Shown here piece by piece: positions 39,692 through 52,518 of a DNA stretch of 64,000 nucleotides (positions within the stretch are counted from its first letter, which is position 1; each line of letters begins with the position of its first letter). The DNA comes from Balanoglossus misakiensis (lineage: Eukaryota; Animalia; Hemichordata), in NCBI GenBank assembly GCA_040954595.2, contig JBECUI020000043.1:1-64000 (forward strand). The letters run 5' to 3'. The notes beneath the pieces are model-generated. The model searched no databases, was not told the DNA's origin, and saw only the letters and a list, made by a program, of their open reading frames with translations. A program made the translations under genes and the position numbers.

Positions 39692-41345
39692 CACTCTTCT
39701 ACACACAAAGGTCTACACTACCAACTTACCAAGTATACTTACTTACTTACTGTGATACATAATTATCGCTTTAGGCGTACAAGTATAGTTTGATGTCATC
39801 AAGCCGACAAAATATTAGATAATTGCACCGGGGAACAACACAAAAAGTTAGCTGTTGGCCCTTTTATTATCGTCAAACGGTTGTGAAAATTAAAGGTATA
39901 TACTATCGACAACGTACGTGATGAATGGTCCTGGATAAAAAGCAATACTTAACATGTGGCCGTGCGCCGAGGGGGAGAGTGTGTCGAAACCATTAAGAAT
40001 TTTCAGAGAACCTGAGAGTAGGTATCGTCCCCGGAAACTGTAAAACAATCACATATAGAGAAAGGTGCCGACTTGGATGTGTTAGCTGCAGATAGCATAT
40101 TTCACTTGTGAACAAAGTTGAATGAAAATTTCACCTTCGGGATGATTATAAATATTGAATCGCACTGGAGAAAGAGTGTGCAAAAAAATCTAGCTAGTTT
40201 TATGGCACACTATAGCTAGCTAGATTCTTTAGTCGTAATTCTTCTCTGAAGCAATACGCTCCGGAAAATAAAAAAAAGCTGCAGCGTTCAGTTAAGCCCA
40301 ATCCAAAGGCCAGTCCAAACACTCGCACAAAAAGCGCCATTAGAATAAGGAATACAAAGACAACATCTATAGGTACCGGACGTGGACATTTTGGAAGCGA
40401 ACTTACCATTACGAGCGAGCGAGGCTATATGTACGAATGAAAAGGAAGTAAAAAACAAACAGAAAGTGCTTTGGAAAATTGCCTTCTATTGAGACTAACC
40501 GTACGGGGCTATTAAACACCCCGCCTGCATATTGGCTGAGAAAACATGCCAATCTTTCCGCGATGATAGCCTAATTATATTTTGATTCCGTTCAATTTAG
40601 ACCGCTGTTTACACGCCCGATCCTTAATTATCAGGCAGGCTCGGCCCACTCCCGTACCATTCAACTTTCCTCACAAAAAGAGCTTTATGGATCTACAATT
40701 GTGTAATTTGCCTACTTAAGCAGTCACCGTGAACAATTCCCTCCACTTTACAATGAGGGTAATGATGTTTTCGGTCTATGATAACAATGTCAGAGGTATT
40801 TTCCAATTTCGTTCGTTAGCTGGGAGTCGATGATTTCTTCTTGGGAGTAAAGTTGACAAGACGACATGTTTTCTATTATTAACTAGCGACACTACGTCAA
40901 CAACAGAATGTCAGTGAACAGCTGTGGTTATGTCGGCTATCCCTGAACCTTGATAAAGAAAACCAGAATTCACACACCCGGGGAATAATTATATCATAAT
41001 TATACGTACCTTATATGATTCATGCACGAAAGTGCTGCGGGAACTTTTTGTTTGGTGAAACGACATTTCACCAAAAACACAGACACGTGACTTAATGTCA
41101 GAGGGCATCGAAGAAGATTTATGTGGTATATTTTTTTCTTTGCAGTGATGTCCAGTTATTTTTAATTAGAAGATTGCATTGCCCTGGAGTCTTGCGCTGT
41201 TTTACGTAAGATTGAAATGGCAATTTCCCAACAGAAGCCCACCAAAAGAAGCAAAAAAGAAAGAAACCGATACGGTAACATTTCAACACTGTCACGATGG
41301 TAGGAATCGCATGGTTTCTTACAAGGAACGCTTCGTTTGACGTTA

Positions 41346-41410
41346 TTTTTTTTTTTTTTTGGGGGGGGGAGAAAATAGAGAGAGAGATGGAGAAAGAGAG
41401 AGAGATATAT
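41346..41410. repeat. Low-complexity T15-G9-(GA)n tract
   Basis: Direct read. Confidence 0.9.
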
Positions 41411-44400
41411 CTTTACCCTAATGAGTCAGGGTATGTGAATCGACGAAGTGCACTTTCTCGGTAAAGTTTGCTAAGTTTCTCTGCCTGTCCTGGTAAACAT
41501 AAAATACTGAACCGGTTTAATTTGACCGCTATCAGAAACGGTTCTATTGCTGGGAAGTGAAATAATTTCTTGATGTTAATTTTCACTTTAGTCACATTTT
41601 GACATCCAAATCTTCCCACTCATTATTAGCGGCTTTCAGTTCTTTGCGTTTGTGGTGGCCTCGTTTACTATAGTCATCAAAAAAAACTTTGGAAAGAGTC
41701 GTGTCCAATGCACGTTGAATTGTCACTCTCACCCATTTCTACGTGACAAAACCCGAGTTTACTTTCAGCCTGTCGACTATGCATGGCTTGTTCACGTTGC
41801 CGTAATCGCTTAATTCTGCCTAGTTCTTTTCAGCGAAAAATCGAAGACGCGACAACACTGGACACTTCGCACGTTTTGCTACAAGCTCATATTGGTTGTG
41901 CGGTTTTTCAATCACTCCAGAAAGGGATTTGGGGACTTAATTGGTCAAATTAGTGGTAAGTGTAAAACTGGGCTAATATCACGTCTTCGCCTAATGTGGA
42001 TATCTTTAAACTTTCACGAGAAGACGGCACAGTCGGTCGCCTTTGATCAGTTGGATTTTTGCTTGCAGTCAAGCAAATTTCTCTACTGGATAATGTTTGT
42101 GTCTTATGCAATTATTTGTTCGGAGTAAGCAAATAAGTTGATTTGTTAAGAGCCACGGCTGAAGTCTTGTTCTTCTCACGACCATACTGTTAATTGGTCT
42201 AACGGAATGGGGACGCTATTGTCCAGAGGATCTCAATATTTGCCTGGCACCGCCGCGATAGCGGTATCACCGTCCTCATTAAAAACCAGAGAAATTACAA
42301 GAAAGCTTGGCACGCATAAACAAACGTGAGGACGGTGCCGATTTCGGACGATCCCTGGAAATCGTTATAGTCGTGAGTGCACGAAATCTTCCACCAATTA
42401 CCCGATAAACATTTCACCAGTTTTCAACAAATTAACAGGCGCCGGAGAAACTTCCAATTAATGCTTGAAACATTGTCATCGTTAGCGACGGAATAAGGGT
42501 AATAGAGAAGGAGAATTCTCGTCTAATTGCCTATTGTAGCTCGTCCTGTGGCGAATATGGAATCATGCCCGACAAATACGTCAACGCGAACTTCAAATTA
42601 TACTAATTACGACACAAGAGTGCAAATTAGTCGTTAACAAGGACGATTTTGATCCACTTAATGCAAAATGGTGGACGTGGGAACACGGACGTAATGGCGG
42701 CGCCTTTATTGACAACAATAGTACTATGTATAGGGCATACTTATTGGGAGATTTTCATTGAGCTGAATAAGGGGAAAAGGCTCTCCATTTTAATAGGATT
42801 ACTACCTTTGATTGATGTTAAAGCACACCTTTTCACCGAGTACCCGATTGTTGACTTGCCTATTAGTGGTTCTACTCGCTGTTTGACGAGTTGCTCAAAG
42901 GAAGAGGGCTCGTCTGCGGGTCTCTGGAGCTTTAATTCTCAATCCTCTGCAGCAACGACTGTAGCACTCTCCATGATATTTTTCTTCAAAATAGAGGTTG
43001 AAAAAAAACATTCTGTCCGTTGGAGGTGCCGAACTGAACAGAGGATTTACCTTCGCTTACATTGTTATCTTGAAGAAACTTTCCAAGAGCTTCACTACAT
43101 GCTCTGATGTTTAATGGCGTTGTCTGATTGGTCAGTCGATTCTTAGCATTTTGGCAGTATTTCCCGTGTGAAGACTATACTAGCTCAACATGACAAAAAG
43201 TGATGAGGGTGTCACGGACAATACATTTGACAAGAGGAAAATGTATCAAAGACAACAAGTAACCAACAAGGCGGGCTGATTGGCAAATGACTACCTAATA
43301 CTCATTGATGTGCAGATTTCTATGTGTTTGTTATTCTCAGTAATTTCAGGGTAGAGTCATTTTGTAGAAAAGCACATCATTGCCCCGGCACTAGTGTGTG
43401 CAACAGCTTCGGTTTAATCCGGCATAATTGGAGTTAAGTCGGTGAATATGAGAACAAACAGTACAGTGGCAAGTGAGCAGTTCTCTGACTGTAATTATAT
43501 TCATCGCATAGAGACATGATAACCAGTCGATTTGATACGAGCATTGACCCCAGCACTTGTTAGAAAGTTTTTTTTCCTATTTCACTTCTTTGTAAAAGTT
43601 TAAAGTGGTAGAATCAGTCTTATAATTGGGACATATGGCTGTCAGCAGTACACAAAAAGCCAATCAAAATCTTTACTGTAAAAACCAGAAGACATGATGG
43701 GATGATTAAAGTTTTATACTGTGCATGTATACATGTAATTAACATGTTGGAGAGTTTTTAGGATTAGCCGAATTTTCATTTATTTTCCATATTAATGCCG
43801 AGTACAACAGGGTCCCAGTTGTTGAAAAGTAAATAAAGACATGTTAGATAATTAACCCTCGAACTTTAAAAAGCAACAGTGTTACCAATCTTGCCGCAGG
43901 GAGGCTTAGAAACAGTCTTTAATTATGCACACAAACACCGATACCATTTTGTTAGACAACTTTCCCTTACAGATACAAGAAATCCCGTTAGAATTCAAAT
44001 CCCTCTCTGCCGTTGAGGTGGGTGGAACGAAGACGGATTTTCGCCATTGTGATTCTTGAGCGACTTGGACTTGTAATATTCTCGATCATCCGAGTATGAG
44101 TAGCGCCCCAGGGCGAGCTTTCAATTTGAAGGTTTTGAACAAGAAGTAACCCTGGCTCTTCTCTCCTTGTATCTGTCGTCTGGTTATTAATCTTGCATTG
44201 GTTTTGAGTTGTCATTCTGATTGCTTTTTGTTTTCAAAAAAAAGGCGTGAAATTAAGTATTTCTAGTTGTGTCAAGGACTTTATTCTTAGTGTGGTTTAG
44301 GGAAAAAAAGTATTCTCAAAGATAGGTGATCAATTCAATATTTTCTAAAGAAGGTTTGGCCAAACTCAACGTTTTGTGCGTACCCCTGGTGTGACTTACG

Positions 44401-45037
44401 TATCAACCAATGATATTCCTTATTTCGATGCTATTATGTAAATTTACAGTCATTATTTGCCTTTGATCTTATCAAGGATGTCTAGCGAGGCATTTCCACT
44501 GCATTTAAAATGTCATGGAAGCAGTTCGGGGGGTTTTCTTTTCCACGACTGTCTGAAATGCAGACTGGCAATTCTGCAAGATGGATAGCTAAAAGGAATT
44601 CTACTAAGGTCTAAACGAGCTTTGTATCCTACTAAATGAGATGATACTGAGATAGCCCTCTTCCCAACGCAGGAAATTGGAATAACGTAAAACGTTCGTA
44701 AAACTTGAAGTTTTAATGGGTCTTTTATGGGTGCTAGTCTTCGAAAAACATGACAAATAAATTATAAAGCAGCTCGCCCAGAAAACGGCAATATCATCCT
44801 CAATCGGCGCGCCATGTTCGGAAATCTGCTAATTTCCTTTTCTATTAATTCGTGTATTAATATCTCATTTTGGCGCGATCCGCATTATTACTGATAAATT
44901 CATTTTTAATCCCCCCTCTATATGTGCTATTACATTTTCAATTTCCAGTCTGTATTGCCTGCTGAAATATTCACACCTGCTTCGAGGTGTACTACATCGG
45001 ATATAATTTCCTTTGAGTTTCCGATGATCCTCCACGC

Positions 45038-45064
45038 CGTCGTCGTCATCATCATCATCATCAT
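45038..45064. repeat. (CGT)3(CAT)6 trinucleotide microsatellite
   Basis: Direct read; explains the poly-D, poly-I and poly-M stretches in three overlapping spurious ORFs. Confidence 0.93.
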
Positions 45065-47039
45065 CGCTGCTGTCACAGAAGAGAGACAAGAAGAGAGGCG
45101 GAGGCTAAGTAACAGAAGACCTTGCTCCAATAGCTTTGGCGGCGCCCTGTCTCACGTGACACAGACGTCATCATGGCAATATGGACATTGGATTGGTTGG
45201 AACATGTTTGCCGATCTTTTCCCCCAACCATCACAAGATTACTCAAAGTCCTGGAGGGGCGATAATGCAGCGGCGGCTGATTGGTTTTTGTTGTATACTT
45301 TGCATGCAGCGAGAAGGTTATGAAGTAACGGAGTTGCTGAAAATCTCAACGTCTGACTCCCATGGTATTTGCGCGTTTCCACTTCCGTTCACGACCACTG
45401 TTCCAATTTTACATGGGACATAATCTGCTAGCTGTTATTGTTATAGTGTTATTGTTGTTGTTTATATCGCTATTGACAAATAAAATTGACGAATACAACT
45501 ATTACAAATGTGTCGGAGTTTTAAATGCTGTCGACCAACAACAACCAGATTTCAGCCATTGTTCTTTGCATTGTTCAATGCAACCCATCCTTTTTGTCAA
45601 TGTCAAAATTAATATTATTATTGAGTGGAAAAAAAATTGCCCTCGTACAAATAATCTGTCGTCCTTGAAAAGGGACTGCGGAGCTTTTACTTCAGTTTAG
45701 AAATGAAATGTTTCCATGATTTCACGTACCACTAGATCATCAATCAGGCGCTGAAATTCGGTTGCCATGATCACCCGCTGGTTATTTACATATTACGCAG
45801 ATTCCTGTTTTTGCCTCCGTTTCTTTTGCAGAGTTTGACCGATTGCAAACGTCACTCGTAACTGAACATATTTTCATCTGGGAGGATCTTTTGAGTTTTC
45901 CGCACAGAAACAACAGGTTGCACGGAATGGTTAAACGAAGTTAACAGGTCTCCTTACGCCATGATTTGATTGTTAAAAATTCCATTCAACTTCGAAAAGG
46001 TACATCGATATCCTCTTTACAAAATAACGCGGGAAAGCATCAAAGTGCATTTTATAAAGGCTGTCGAAAAAAATACCCAAGTCACGATCATTCGATTAGA
46101 GGGTAAATGTGTCCATTAAGGACCACGTCCGTATAAGGTGGAACTAAAACATGAGCGCCAATCTAATGGTTTCTCTGAGTATTTCTCCAGACGACACAAA
46201 GGCCGCTGCCTTCATAATATTCGCGCGCAATGTCACGGCTGTTTGAATGCTCGGTGAAAATTGCAGTGCATGTGTTTGTGCGAAGTGTTACATGATCTCA
46301 GGCGGGATTCTGAAACCGAAGGCAACTTGAAGCACTGGAAAACGGAAAGAAAGTAATTGCGAGTTTGGAGACTGTGAAACAAAACACGATGGACATCCCC
46401 TAACTACCCTTTCTGAAAATTTACTATCTGCAGTCAATCATCACTCTAAGTAAGATGAAGGAGCACCTGTCACTTCCGTTTCCGGTTTCATTTTAGATTT
46501 ACATTTGGCTTTCAGGGTGACTGCCGCAGGTTGTAAACTTTCACGGTGGTGCACTGCATATTAAAATTGGTACATGTACATTTGTTTTCAGGGACAGAAC
46601 TGACTGTACTGTATGTTTATCCCTAGGGCTGATGATTTCCTTTCAGCCAACTTCCACGCGCCCATCTTGCACTCAACCAACAACAGGCGAGAGGTGACCA
46701 CCTGGTTGCATTACAGTCGCGCGACCATGGCCATGATTGGCCACAAAACTCACTGCATGGTGACATAGTGAGCAAACTAAGGGCCGAGCATGCGTATGTT
46801 TATCCCAACCTCAAGCACACTGTAATCTACCGTCAGTGAAAAGGGGAAAAACGCACACACTGTTAAATAAGGCATCAATAGCAAGTAAATCGAATGCATG
46901 ACTACATTCAAAAGCGATACGGGGAGGTATTAATTAAAGCAGTGTTCCTCATTCTATAGTAGGCCTGAATTGCACAGGGAATAAAGTCTTCTGGGAAATG
47001 TGGCCAAGTAACCTCAACTAGGTGGTTTGATATAAAATG

Positions 47040-47092
47040 AGGTCAAGCTAGGGAGTCGATGACTTGTATTTGACCCCGTGAACTTTAGGTCA
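47040..47092. promoter_or_regulatory. Cluster of nuclear-receptor half-sites including a DR2
   Basis: AGGTCA at 47040; TGACCC-cg-TGAACT at 47071-47084 (AGTTCA-n2-GGGTCA on the minus strand); AGGTCA at 47087. Confidence 0.3.
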
Positions 47093-50000
47093 GCTATGCC
47101 ACCGACGAGGATGTAGGCGGTGTAAGATTTTCACTTTAAAGAAGCAAGGGATTCTTCGAAAAAAAACCAAGTCAACTGATGTGTGTGCGTGTATGTTTTC
47201 TTTCTTTAAAGTAACGATTTTCCCGCGGCAATTTGAAAGCCATTACCGAAGCAAGATTGATTTTTGAGCTGATACTATGTATACGCATATTCGTCTACAT
47301 TTGTGGGACTAGCATGCATTAGGCTACACCAACTCAAGACTGGGGCAGATTAAACTGTCATTTGTGAATTTCTTTTCAATAATACCAAGACTAAACGAAC
47401 TTGAAGAACCATACAACCGGTAAAATGCTGTTTTTCCATAATACATAATTTTAGTTACGTAATTGCCAAAAGCGGCATGAACAATCTAAAGGCTTGGATG
47501 ACAGCAACAACGGCAAAAGCGTTCACTGCAGAATGACTGAATGTATATTTTTGTACAAGACCCACGGCCACTCGTTCGTCTCAATTCACATTATATGCCT
47601 TGTCTACAGTTCCGCGGTGTCATTAATTACCATTGAGCTTGACATGAATAGGCAATAATTTTAAGAGTTCTTCTCAAAAATTTAGCCTGGAGAAATCTCC
47701 ATTTCGCCCTCGCAATCTCCTTGGTTTGTTTCGCCTCAGCTGTCGTCGCGCTGTATTTCATCTCTGTCCAGACGCCTTCCAAGCTTGTGGCGTGTACTGT
47801 GCACACACATTTTCAAAACCAGACAAGAGAGCTGTAAAATTCTTGTCGGTAGAACTGAACGAAGGGAATGACGAGGCGGGAAGTTTCTGGGCCGCGGCGT
47901 CTTTGCCCGGCCGAGCACAATTTCAAAACTGCTGCTTTCTCACAATCCACGGCGATAAGTGTATGCAAATTATCTTAATTAGCGTAACGCAACACACCAA
48001 TGAGAAGTAGCGATTCCCAGAGGCCGTGCCTTACTCTGTTTTACATCTCCTCAACTAAGCTTACTCTGAGATAAGAGAAACAGTTGTCTATTTTAACAGG
48101 CTCTCCTGAAAGTACTTCCTAAATTGTTTGAAATTTGTGACCTCAAAATTTTTCCATCTAGAAAGCGATAGTATCTGTCACCCGACTGATAGGTTCTCTG
48201 TTCTTATCTGTGTTCACATCTGACAGCATTGTGACAGCCCTACGGAGTTCCACATGATTGAGTTGTATTCACGCGAATCTTTACCCATTTTTGACTTCTG
48301 AGAAGAATTATTAAATATGTCAGGATATTGAATTTTCAAAACTTATCACGCACCATTTTGTACAAGGGACGGAGTAGCTTCCCTGGGGAGTACTGCTAGA
48401 ACAATTTGGTGCAAACAACATTTTTACTCGAAAAATCTTTGGACATTCGCGCCTTATACCAACACATTATGGTCGTAAAAGCTGGTAACAGAACACAGCC
48501 TCGATAGCAATCATTTTGTCTGACTTTTTGTGATTTTTGGTTAAGTGATTTTTTGAGGTTATGTCCTGAATAAATTGAACAATAAATTCTTTGTGGAGTA
48601 GTAACAGCCATGTTTAACACCTCACGTGACAAATTAGGCCTATCCATGGCAAGCTCTGTAATGCTCATTTACATACATTGACCAAAATGGTGGTAAGTTT
48701 CAGAGGGAAAATCTGTTTCAAGCACCGAGAAATACGAAACACTGAAAGAGTTTTGGTGGATGAATAAACGCAAGTCTCGGACATGCGCAGATGGGACAGT
48801 GAATCAGTACTCGGCACTTGGCCCACGTTGTGCTCCAGTTTAGTGTTGATGCATAATCATACATCAGATTAATTTATCTGTATCGGCCACAATTTCCTGC
48901 CTTATCAATTTAATTTTTATTTTATCTCGTGGGCCATTAGTAATTATGTGTCAAACTAGCAGATTGGAAATCATATCTGCATTGCCTCACAATGAGCTAT
49001 TTGTATTTGGTATTTTATCTCCAAAACTGCCTGCCATGCTGTTTATTTCCCATCTCAGAAAAACCCGCCTATCTTTACTGTACTTGAGTTCCCGCCTTCA
49101 GTCATTCCATTTCCCGCCGATATTTCAGTCCAAATTTTCCGATATTTCACACTGAGAATAACTCAACATATTTTTTTTCAACGCGTAACACAATACGACC
49201 GAAGCCCTTTCCAATCTGTCGAGATTTTCTTTTACGAAATCGACCTAAAATTTCTGAAAAATTTCAATAAATTCGATTTTTTTAAACTGCAGACGACAGT
49301 AAAATGGATAAAAGGAAATCACGAAATGCAATCGACCAATTTTCCATCTGTGTTAGTAGTGAGGGATTTTAATGGCTTTTAACTGACATGGGGGTTTTAG
49401 CATTAAAAGCCGTACTCTTCGTTGTTTCAACAGAGCTTCAATATCACAGGTCCATTATCCTGTCTTCGTTGCCGTTTTCCTCGCCATCGCTCATTACATT
49501 CTGACATTTGCCACGTTAGGTACTAAGCATCTTAGCCGCCATCATTTCAGCGAGCGCGTGTGCGACAGCAGCCTATAGCCTTAAAAAAAACCGAGAACGT
49601 TGCGATCCAAACGGCACGCTTGGGTGGAGATCGGTGATTTTAATTGTAGCGAGGTAAGGCAGTATGCTGCGTCGTCACGCTCGACCCCATCAATCCATGT
49701 GTCTCGGGCAAGCTGAACAGAACACGCCTCTGAATGCCCGGTCCATCCATCAATGTCCGCTCCAATTTTAGGCTACTCAAATCAGTGACTGACATTGAGT
49801 AAAACAGGCGAAAAACAATTACGGCATACAGAGATTGCAAGGGGTTGGTGGGGCGTTTGTCAAAATCTAGACAAACTGAGTCCCATCATTCCGAAAATAT
49901 AAAAGATCTTGAGGCGGTCATGACAAACCGGTGACTTTAAAGATGGTGGCAAAACGTGGTACAATACATGCACGCAAGTCGGACAGATGTACGACGTGCA

Positions 50001-52501
50001 GATGGAAATGGCAAACGCTTAGAACGGAGTGTGCAAGAAGGGCGATTTGATATTAAAACAAAATACCAATGCCATGCGATGAAAATGGACTTCAAGGGAG
50101 AATCATTCTAATATCAGCTGCCATTAAAATCGGTGTCTGGTTTTGCTTTTAGTGTCGAGAGATAAAATCACCAGCTGTTGGGAACGGAGAGGTTTTACAT
50201 GCAGAGTAGGGTCTTCGCATTGGCCAATAGGCGTAAAGGTATAGTCGCATATGATCCACTCAGCTGAGCGAAATGAAATCGGGCATTTATAATAAGTGAT
50301 CAATGCACTGTTAAAATGATGAATTATTAAAGAAATAAAGACTGAAAATCAAACTCTACTTAGCGTCAACTAAATAACCAGTCAACCTCGACCACGACCT
50401 TTGACCGTAGAATTCACTCGGAGGTCGATTTGTCTGCACCCGCGATCAACACGATCGTGTCCTCGGCGACCGAAATACTCCATCGATGAATCGATTGCAG
50501 ATTGTTGAGTGCATCAAACTTTCAGAGATTTTATGTTTCAAAGCCGGTCGACACGCGTTTAAAGTCTTCGATATTTTTTTTATTCTGAGTGAAGATACAT
50601 GTAAAGGGTGTCATCGATCGCCGAGGTACCGTCCGTGGTACCATAATAATTATTGGCACAAAATCCAATTAAGAAGCTGTATTTTAACGCAAAATTTGGC
50701 CTCAATTCTAAAGAAAAAGACGTCACGAAGAAAATGTTAACGCAATTAGACGTTGCTCGGCGGCAAGTTTGACAGGGGACCAAGGGATCCCCGGAGCGGT
50801 AAGGGAGTGACGTCACCCCCTTAAGGTCATCGGAATATCGTCAGATTTTAGTTGTTCTTACACAATTATTATTTCTTGGTGACACCTTTTTTCAAAAATC
50901 GAAGACGTGGTTGAAATTTCTCAACATTTGTCGAACGTTGAAAGACTTTCAAAAAGTTTGACGCGTCTGGTCGCCTGGTTGGGAACATCAATTAATGGGA
51001 CATCAAGCTGAGATTTGTGAAGTCACTCACAAGTGCTCTCGACGCAGACGAGAACATATTCGAGTCCTTTTCAATTTCCACTGCCAAGTTTTCAAAGCGA
51101 TTGGCTGTTGATTTACAAAGCTTCGTGTAAAAAGTAGCTAGGCGGCCTTTGCGTTGCTTTTGTGTCGTGTTACGCCGAGAGCAAAATGACTGTTCCATTA
51201 AAGGCTAGCTATAATTCATAGGCTGGAGTAATTACACTTTCAAATAGCTTACTACTCAGTACTGACCCTCTGGAAGTAAAAAGACGACTTCATTTCCCCA
51301 AAGTTCTATTTTCTTGAATGAAATATAGCTCAATTTGCCTCCTTCATTGCAGAAGGACAGCCAATTACCTTTTTCGCCCCGGAATTCTTCTAGTTTCTGT
51401 CAACATTTCAAAATTGAAGCCAGCCTTTAACTTTTTTCGACAGACTCAACAGGGTTAAGCTCTTCTGTTGTAGTCTGAAAACGTCGACAAGACTTGTCGT
51501 AATTTGCAGTGGAGTGAGCAAGAGAATAATGGCCTAGGTACTCTATTTTGACGTAAGGTGTACAACACAATCTCCACGAGCCTAAAGGGCATAGCGCGCC
51601 ATCGTCCCCAGCTCCCACGTGTAATTGTTTTCTCCCTAATCCATTGCGCGCAGCAAAATGGAAGTTCTGCGGTTCCCTCCAGCGCGAATACCTGATACCC
51701 AAGCAATATCATAATATTGCAAAGTTGCTTTATACTCGTCTCTATGTACCGTTACATTTTCATTTTTCTCCGTTCATTTTAATTTCCATCACAGCGCCTG
51801 GGGCAGAAAAATTATCGAGATTAGACAGTATACCACTGTCTTGTGGAAATGTAGTCATATACTGAAATTTCGCCTTCATCGTATAGTGGTCACGTGATGA
51901 TGATTATGACTAGGATGATTATGATACCGCACCAAATCTCGGATACATTTTCTCGTGTCATTTCCAGCCTGAGTGATGTCGTTCCCCAACCACTTTGAGG
52001 CGACCAACGTCGTATACTTGAACGTTTGCAGGTTACTGCGGATGTAACAAGTTTTCACAAAAACTTTTTTTTCATTATGTATGTTCTCGACTTTTATGGA
52101 AATAAGTCATGAATTTTTGTTAGGTTTTCGGAAAAAGGGTCTTTTCACCAGCGCCATTTTATTTTCAACCCATAATATTTCATCACAGGGAGTGTTGTCA
52201 TACACTGACAGAAAATACAATGTACTGAGCAATAATTGCGGAATAAAAATCCCTCTCTGGTTGAGCCAGGCTCAATCGAGCATCTAGTAACGCTCCATAA
52301 AAAGAATTCCTCCTTAAAGCCAGCTCCACTTAATCGTATTGAATTTTTAAGGAGGGCGCGCACTAATCTGGCCATTATTGGTGTTTTGAGCAGAGCCCAT
52401 TAGCGTGGTATTAGCACGGCCATACTTGAGACATAGATTGCCACTACCCGAGCTTAATTGCCAAAACCAAACAAGGGGGAACATGTTTCAATTAGGGCAA
52501 A

Positions 52502-52518
52502 CCAATGACGTCACGTGA
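52502..52518. promoter_or_regulatory. Overlapping CCAAT, CRE (TGACGTCA) and E-box (TCACGTGA) composite motif
   Basis: CCAATGACGTCACGTGA contains three consensus sites in 17 bp; function not shown. Confidence 0.35.

Larger units (their letters stand above)
39471..39750. mobile_element. Possible terminus of a non-autonomous Helitron/Helentron (HINE/DINE-1-like) element abutting the satellite
   Basis: A/T5 run, hairpin, compound tetranucleotide microsatellite and a short unique box ending in the AAGTATACTT palindrome and (CTTA)3, adjacent to a tandem array. This is structural analogy only; no transposase or second terminus is visible. Confidence 0.35.

Noticed and set aside
39493-39708. Hydrophobic FLSF/YVCM-repeat ORFs
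   Set aside because: Translations of the (TTTC)n and (TATG)n microsatellites.
39738-39750. (CTTA)3 as a telomeric repeat
   Set aside because: Only three units, and it does not match TTAGGG or TTAGG.
42268-42337. 11-bp inverted repeat CACCGTCCTCA...TGAGGACGGTG (tiny MITE or pre-miRNA)
   Set aside because: The 48-nt loop is unpaired, no target-site duplication is visible, and such a match is roughly expected by chance in 24 kb.
43988-44215. 75-aa ATG-initiated minus-strand ORF
   Set aside because: No recognisable domain and no convincing splice or promoter context; the length is within chance range.
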